From an uncultured Spirochaetota bacterium (GTDB lineage: Bacteria > Spirochaetota > Brevinematia > Brevinematales > JAOACQ01): a stretch of DNA of 64,000 bases. The DNA lies in assembly GCA_963783575.1 (NCBI GenBank), contig CAWAOD010000011.1, forward strand, positions 320,001-384,000, given 5' to 3'. This document shows positions 57,821 through 64,000 of the stretch, in pieces. The number at the start of each line of letters is the position of its first letter. Positions within the stretch are counted from its first letter, which is position 1. A program made the position numbers and the translations under genes. Under the pieces are notes generated by a model, which made no database searches, was not told the DNA's origin, and saw nothing but the letters and a program-made list of their open reading frames with translations.

Positions 57821-60765
57821 ATGCATAACGAATATATTAAAAATATAGCTTCAATCTACAATTCAGGCGAAGGGATGGAACATTCTTACAGAACGTCTTT
57901 TCAAAATTTACTGAATGAATTTGTATCCGTTGAACTGAAAGAAAATATTACTATCCTGCACGAACCGCCGAGAGAGAGCTTCGGTGCTCCCGATTTCAAA
58001 ATAATGAGCCCGTCAGGCGGTATTATCGGCTATATTGAATGTAAAAAAATTGAGGAAGATATTGAAACCCTAGTCCATTCGCCGCAAATTCAAAAATACC
58101 TGGAGATATCAAACAATCTCTTGTTTACCAACTACATTGATTTTATCCTGTTCAAAAAAGGCTCTGTTATTGACAGTTGTCTGATTTCAAGGAAAATCGA
58201 ATTGAAGTCAAAGCCCCAGTTTAAAGATAAAGAAGGCTTTAAAAGGATTATGACAGCCTTTTTCCTGTCATCTCCCGAAAAAATCAAAAGCAGCGAGAAG
58301 CTTTCAATCGAACTTGCCAAGAGAACACGGATTTTAAAGGAACTGATCCTCAAGGAACTTGACAAGGACGATACAAACCCGTTTAAAAGATTTTACCTGA
58401 TATTTAAAAAGACAGTTATTCACGAACTCGATAACGGGACTTTCGCGGGCGCTTACGCCCAGATCATCGGTTTCGGTTTATTCTTTTTCCGGATGTCAAA
58501 ACATGAAAACCTGACGAAAGAAAATGTAATTTCACATGTTCCTCAATACATACCGCTTCTACGCGATTTCTTCCCAAACGCGAAATTCGATGAATGGCTG
58601 CCGGATATCGTCTGGATATTGGATGAGATCATCTCCCTTTTGAACAATATAGACGCCGGTTTCATCAAAAATTCGCTTTCCTATAAGGAATTATCCATAT
58701 TGAAAAAGCGCGATTCCAACCTGAAAGACCCTTTCCTCTATTTCTATGAGGAATTCTTAAGTGTTTATGACCGTGACACCAAGATCGAAAGGGGCGTTTT
58801 TTATACCCCCGAGTCGATTGTTTCCTTTATCATCCGTTCGCTGGACGAAATATTGAAGACCCGGCTGGATATTAAAAAAGGTTTTCTCGACCAGTCTATC
58901 AAAATCCTTGATTTCGCAGCTGGGACCGGCACATTTATTCTCGCCCTCATCGAATTCATCAAGGAAGAACTCTGGAAAAACCACAACCAGGGATTATGGA
59001 ACTATGAGATCAACGATTTTATCCTTGAGAATATTTACGGATTCGAGCTTCTCATCGTGCCTTATATCATCAGCCATTTGAGGATTCATGAATACCTCGA
59101 GAGCTTCGGGTTCCGCTATACCGACGAACGGAAGGGAAGCGCGGCCCAGCGCGCGGAAATCTACCTCACCAATACACTGGACAACCAGCCCGCGGGGGTC
59201 ACCGACTTTTTCGAGGGCTTTAATAATGAATCGAGCCTCGCCGACAGGGTAAAAACCGGGAGGAAATCCTCGTCATTATGGGAAATCCGCCCTATTCCGT
59301 TTCCAGTTCCAACAAGACGGATTTTATCGAGAACCTGATGGAAACCTATAAAACCGCCGTCAGGAGCGAGAGAAACATTCAGCCCCTTTCCGACGACTAT
59401 ATCAAATTCATCCGATTCGCCCACTGGAAGATGGAAAAGGTCAAAAAGGGCGCGGTCGGCATCATCACCAACAATTCCTACATCGACGGCCTGATCCACC
59501 GGGGAATGCGGGAGGAACTGGCGAAAACCTTCGATGAGATTTATATTTTAAACCTGCATGGAAATTCCAATAAAAGCGAAAAATGCCTGGACGGGTCTAA
59601 GGACGAAAACGTCTTTGATATCAAACAGGGTGTCTCAATCGCTTTTTTTGTGAAAACCGGCAAAAAGACTAACGATAAAAGTGGTGTTTATTACTACAGT
59701 TTGCAGGGATTGAGAAACTTTAAATACGATTTCCTTTATGAAAAATCTATTCAGAATTCAGAATGGGCAAAAGTCGAAACAAAGGCACCGGATTACTGGT
59801 ACTTGTCGAAAAACATGGAAATGGAAGAAATTTATAATCGAGGTTGGAAAATTTCAGATATATTTATGGAATATGACATGGGTGTTGCGACTCATAATGA
59901 TGAAGAATTTGTATATTTTGAGAAAAAGGGTTTTAAAGATGAACGTTCATATAATTATAGGCCATTCGACTATAGAATAATTAATTATGATTTGAAAAAA
60001 ATTGGGAGACCAAGATATACATTAATGAGGAATTTATATGTAAATAACAATTTTGCTTTAGTCACAACAAAAATAAATAGGCAAATAAGTATTAATTATT
60101 TTTTTATTACAAATATGGTTACTGATAGACATATTTTAGACAGCGCAAGTGACTCAACAAGTATCTTTCCATTCTATATTTATCCTGATGAAATGGAATT
60201 GTCCCGGGAAAAACAGATCAATTTCACGCCGGAATTCATGAAATTCGCAGAGAATTACATAAAAGACATATCACTCTCAGACGGATGGGCGGAAACCATA
60301 TTCTCCTATATTTACGCCGTTCTGTTTTCCCCGGCTTATCGGAAGAAATACCATGAATTTCTCAAGATCGATTTCCCGCGCGTTCCCTTTATGGAAGAAA
60401 AGGAGCTTTTCAGAAAGCTTGCCGGTGAAGGACAGAAATTGATCGACCTGCACCTGCTGAAAACGGAATTTGAAAGTTTAACGGCCAGTTTCCCCGTTGA
60501 AAACCCGGACTTAAAAGTAGAATCGGTTAAATACGAAGGCGGAAAGGTATGGATCAACAAAACGACCTATTTTGACGGCGTGCCAGAACTCGCCTGGAAC
60601 TACCTGATCGGCGGCTACCAGGTGCTGGATAAATGGCTCAAGAGCAGAAAGGGCCGCGTGTTGACCGGGGAGGAAATAAATTATTTCCTGAGGGTCTGCG
60701 AAGTCCTGCTGGAAACGATAGGCATTCAGGAAAAGATTGATGTGCTGACAAGGGAGTGGATATAG
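57821..60765 (+). pseudogene. Single-chain type IIG/IIL restriction-modification enzyme (PD-(D/E)xK nuclease, N6-adenine MTase, type ISP-like specificity domain), frameshifted at A5 59251-59255
   Basis: GAPDF..GYIECK; GVFYTP, ILDFAAGTGTF; GNPPY lies in the next frame; DDYIKFIRF, YRPFD, DFPRVP, IGGYQVLDKWLK. One extra A restores VKNREEILVIMGNPPY. Confidence 0.82.
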
Positions 60766-60800
60766 AATCTTAAGAGCTAATTTGATACAGGAATACTAAT

Positions 60801-61490
60801 ATGAAGTTTTATAAGTATTGTTCTCCTAAAGATTATTCTCTTGATTCTCTTTCAAAAGGACAATTATATTTTAATTATTCCGGTGAATTTAATGATCCAT
60901 TTGATAGTAAATTGCATTTTAAGAATCGAGAATCCGAAGAATGGGACAATAAATATAGAAATTGTACGGTCATCTGTTGTTTTTCAAAAAATAATAAGAA
61001 TATATTATTATGGAGTCATTACTCTGACAAACATAAAGGATTTTGTTTAGGATTTAACGCAATAAAAATAAACAAATATCCACTAATTGAGTTTATAGAT
61101 TCAAATTTAAGAAATTTCTACAATCCTGATGGAAAACATTACTTGCCATTAAGGAAAGTATATTACAGTAGAATTCGTCCATCTCCCTTTAATCCTTTAA
61201 AAGATGATGATAAAAAACTTTTGGAACCAATTTTTAACAAGTCTCATGTATGGAAGTATGAGACTGAATATCGTATGATTACAATACCATATCATTTTAA
61301 AACAAACGTTTTTTCTTTCAATAAGTCTTTTTTAAGCGATATATACATTGGACTGAAATGCGACGAAAAAATTAAAAATAAAATAAAAAGAATCGTTGAC
61401 ATTGATTATTTAGAAAAAGGCTATAATGTTAATATATATCAGGCTAAAGAAAATTTGAATCGTTATGATATTGTTTTTGAAAAATTATAA
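60801..61490 (+). CDS. DUF2971 domain protein
   Basis: FNDPFD, CCFS..NILLWSHYSDKHKGFCLGF, K...WKYETEYR, IYIG. Confidence 0.82.
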   Translation: MKFYKYCSPKDYSLDSLSKGQLYFNYSGEFNDPFDSKLHFKNRESEEWDNKYRNCTVICCFSKNNKNILLWSHYSDKHKGFCLGFNAIKINKYPLIEFIDSNLRNFYNPDGKHYLPLRKVYYSRIRPSPFNPLKDDDKKLLEPIFNKSHVWKYETEYRMITIPYHFKTNVFSFNKSFLSDIYIGLKCDEKIKNKIKRIVDIDYLEKGYNVNIYQAKENLNRYDIVFEKL

Positions 61491-61519
61491 AACATTGACT
61501 GTGCCTCCGGTGATGAAAC

Positions 61520-62165
61520 GCCCGGTTCCCGAGTTTACCGCTATTCATTTTGCAGCACTATCGAGGGAACCGCTTCTTCGTCCAGCAGCACTACCGAGGC
61601 GACCCGGTAAAACGAGGCCAACACCTGACAGATTAAAGGTCAACGCTTCATAGTTTATACTGACTGCCTATTTTCGTCTGTTGATGAACCTGCGCCCCGC
61701 AGTATGAGTGCCATTTCTGATTGAGCCATTATTTGATCAAAAAGGTATCATTATATTTAAATCGTTGTTATTCCCATTTAATGAATAATCGATCTGTTCG
61801 TATTTCGCGGACAGGAAGTCCGCGACCCGAACGCAGCCCGGACTGCAAAGTGAGGCTCTTTAATTATGAGAAAATCTTTAATAAAACCTGGAATAACAAC
61901 ATTGTATAAACCGATTGCTTCACATGAAGTGTAACTCATGCGTAGGGGTGCAATATAGTATTGCTTACAGAACTGTCGTCATGCACTTGATTATGATATT
62001 TGAGATGATTTTCATGGAGCATCGTGCTCCCAAGGTTTAATTGGCTTAGCAGAATGGGCACAAGGATGTGCCATTATATCCATTCTTTTATATGATAGTC
62101 AATGGCAAACGGCAGTTCGCCAAATAACACGATGTTATAAGTGGCTCTGCGGCAACATTCCGCTG
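61520..62165. repeat. Cluster of degenerate REP-like palindromes
   Basis: cggttcccgag..tatcgagggaaccg; tcgcggac-aggaa-gtccgcga (61805-61825); gtaggggt-gcaata-tag-tattgc (about 61942); ggagca-tcg-tgctcc (62016-62030); ggcaca-agga-tgtgcc (62057-62072); ggcaaac-ggca-gttcgcc. Confidence 0.55.
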
Positions 62166-62166
62166 T

Positions 62167-62919
62167 TTACAGCAGCTTAAGCTTCTCCACCACCGAGTCA
62201 ATATCTTCATGAAGCACCACTTTAGCCTTATTATCAAAAGGGGTTTCAAATTGATTTATGATCGCCAGCCTGGATTTATCGTTCAAATAGCCTGGAAGCA
62301 TTGCGGCCGGATATACTGTCAGTGATGAACCCATGACAATAAGCAAATCAGCCTTCTGGACTTCCGTCAGTGCTTTTTCCAGGTCTCTCACGTATTCCCC
62401 GAAAAATACCACGTTCGGTTTTAAGGCATTGCCGCATCTGCTGCATTTCGGCACAGTTTTTGATTTGACTTTTTCTAAAACATTCTGAAATTCCGGATCA
62501 TTTTTATTTATTTCAAAATTGCAGCTTATGCAATTATATTTTTCAAAATTACCATGCAGTTCTATGATGTTTGAGTTGCCTGCTTTCTGATGAAGGCTGT
62601 CGATATTCTGGGTTATAACCGTTTTAAGCTTGCCGAGGTCTTCAAGTTTCTTAAGTAATTGATGTCCTTTTGTCGGCAAGGCTCTATCTATAAGGTCCAA
62701 TAATTCGTTTATATACCGGTAAAACAATGTCTGATCTTCTTTGAAATATACAAGATCAAAAAGCTTATCAGCCGGAATGTCTTTTCTGGAATAAAGCCCG
62801 TTCGGTCCGCGAAAATCAGGTATTCCGGCATTTGTTGATATTCCGGCGCCTGTCAGAGCTGTGATGTAATTAGACTTCATGATAAAATCCATTAATAGAT
62901 CTATTCCTTTTAAAATCAT
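62167..62919 (-). CDS. cobB: NAD-dependent protein deacylase (sirtuin)
   Basis: TGAGISTNAGIPDFRG, ITQNID.LH, ELHG, CxxC..CxxC, KPNVVFFGE, GSSLTVYPAA. Confidence 0.92.
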   Translation of the reverse strand: MILKGIDLLMDFIMKSNYITALTGAGISTNAGIPDFRGPNGLYSRKDIPADKLFDLVYFKEDQTLFYRYINELLDLIDRALPTKGHQLLKKLEDLGKLKTVITQNIDSLHQKAGNSNIIELHGNFEKYNCISCNFEINKNDPEFQNVLEKVKSKTVPKCSRCGNALKPNVVFFGEYVRDLEKALTEVQKADLLIVMGSSLTVYPAAMLPGYLNDKSRLAIINQFETPFDNKAKVVLHEDIDSVVEKLKLL

Positions 62920-62934
62920 ATAAATTCCCTCCGG

Positions 62935-64000
62935 TTATTTAGTTTTTAAGAACTTTCTTTTCCCGACTTTTATTATTGTATCAATGCCCGATTTAATTTT
63001 ATAATTTTCATCTATAATTCTCTCTCCGCCTACAGTAATTGCATTCTGTTGAAGCATTCGCCGGACCTCGCTTTTAGATGGCAGAGTTTTGGAAGCGATT
63101 AACACATCCATTATGGTCAATTCACCGGTAATTTTAAACTCCTCAATTTCATCAGGGAGGCCCTTTTCCTTGAATATTCTTTCGAATTCTTCAAATGCTC
63201 TGTCTGCTGCTTCCTTTGAGTAATATTGAGCGGCAATGGTTTTGCCTAAAATAGCCTTTATATTTCTCGGATTTTCACCCTCTTTCATTTTTTTATCGAA
63301 AGCTTTGATCTCATCCATCGGAATATCAGTCAAAAGCTCGAAATATTTGAGGATCATATTATCGGGAATCGACATAATTTTTCCGAAGATTTGATTCGGT
63401 TCCTCGCTGATGCCTATATAGTTCCCAAGCGATTTACTCATCTTATTGACGCCGTCAGTGCCTTCAAGAAGCGGCATAGTAATCACAATTTGAGATTCCT
63501 GCCCATATTCGCTTTGAAGGTCTCTGCCTACCAGCAGGTTGAACTTCTGATCGGTACCGCCTATTTCGACGTCGGCTTTTAGAGCGACTGAATCGTAGCC
63601 TTGAACCAGCGGGTACATGAATTCAATCATTGAAATGGGTTTCCCTTCTTTGTATCTGTTGGAAAAATCCTCTCTTTCAAGCAGGCGCGCGACGGTGTAA
63701 TGGGATGTCAGCTCCAGAACATCGCTGAAATACATTTTCCCGCACCAGTCACTGTTAAAAACAATTCTGGTTTTTTGCGGATCCAGGATTTTAAATATCT
63801 GGGTCTTATATGTTTCCGCGTTTATTAATACTTCCTCTTTTGTCAGCCTTTTCCTTGTTGATGATTTCCCAGTCGGATCACCTATCATACCTGTAAAATC
63901 ACCAATTAAAAAATATATTTCATGACCCAATTCCTGGAATTGTTTTAATTTTCTTAAGGGAACAGTGTGCCCCAGGTGGAGGTCAGGAGCAGACGGATCC
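62935..64000 (-). CDS. tyrS: Tyrosine--tRNA ligase (5' end lies outside the window)
   Basis: [11 protein letters not shown] (HIGH-like) at the window edge, [31 protein letters not shown]4 domain ending KVGKRKF. Confidence 0.96.
   Translation of the reverse strand, partial: DPSAPDLHLGHTVPLRKLKQFQELGHEIYFLIGDFTGMIGDPTGKSSTRKRLTKEEVLINAETYKTQIFKILDPQKTRIVFNSDWCGKMYFSDVLELTSHYTVARLLEREDFSNRYKEGKPISMIEFMYPLVQGYDSVALKADVEIGGTDQKFNLLVGRDLQSEYGQESQIVITMPLLEGTDGVNKMSKSLGNYIGISEEPNQIFGKIMSIPDNMILKYFELLTDIPMDEIKAFDKKMKEGENPRNIKAILGKTIAAQYYSKEAADRAFEEFERIFKEKGLPDEIEEFKITGELTIMDVLIASKTLPSKSEVRRMLQQNAITVGGERIIDENYKIKSGIDTIIKVGKRKFLKTK

Noticed and set aside
59245..59260. Programmed -1 ribosomal frameshift in the R-M gene
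   Set aside because: The zero-frame codons GTA AAA ACC do not form an X XXY YYZ slippery heptamer; a simple indel is more likely.
61503..61525. Hammerhead ribozyme core suggested by gtgatgaaac
   Set aside because: It lacks CUGAnGA and a separate GAAA with the three required stems.
62167..62919. Sirtuin as an anti-phage Sir2 effector next to the defence islet
   Set aside because: It is a canonical Zn-binding CobB-type deacylase co-oriented directly behind tyrS, so housekeeping.
534..63582. Numerous short ORFs (about 60-140 aa) antisense to or overlapping long genes, for example 534-773, 19973-20386, 23868-24461, 59161-59499
   Set aside because: They shadow well-supported genes and have no recognisable motifs.
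1..64000. CRISPR array, rRNA, tRNA, integron attC array
   Set aside because: No regularly spaced repeats, cloverleaf or rRNA-like sequence was seen; there is no integrase, and the palindromes lack clear attC core sites.

Overview
AT-rich bacterial chromosomal window. PEGA and LamG lipoproteins, a beta-barrel OMP and CHASE2 cyclases suggest a spirochaete-like host; this is a tentative inference. About 47 kb (1-47.7 kb) is a large surface-glycan locus. It contains CDP- and GDP-sugar genes (rfbF, a split transketolase, gmd, hddA, an rmd-like SDR), a Wzm/Wzt ABC exporter, and multidomain GT2/GT4 proteins with coiled-coil segments resembling chain-length rulers. It also has many methyl- and acetyltransferases, two undecaprenyl-P-sugar/flippase/GT-C decoration modules, several decayed gene relics, a DUF6922/AbiEii toxin-antitoxin pair, an IS4 nested inside an IS5, and galU. 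The remainder holds an OMP, a TN-rich PEGA lipoprotein, two tandem CHASE2 class III nucleotidyl cyclases, glgB, a small defence islet (frameshifted type IIG/IIL R-M gene plus DUF2971) bracketed by REP-like palindromes, cobB and a partial tyrS. The most striking observation is that the two cyclases are reciprocally degenerate. One keeps the metal-binding Asp pair but lacks the catalytic Asn/Arg; the other lacks the first Asp but keeps Asn/Arg. This predicts an obligate heterodimeric bacterial adenylyl cyclase resembling the eukaryotic C1/C2 arrangement.
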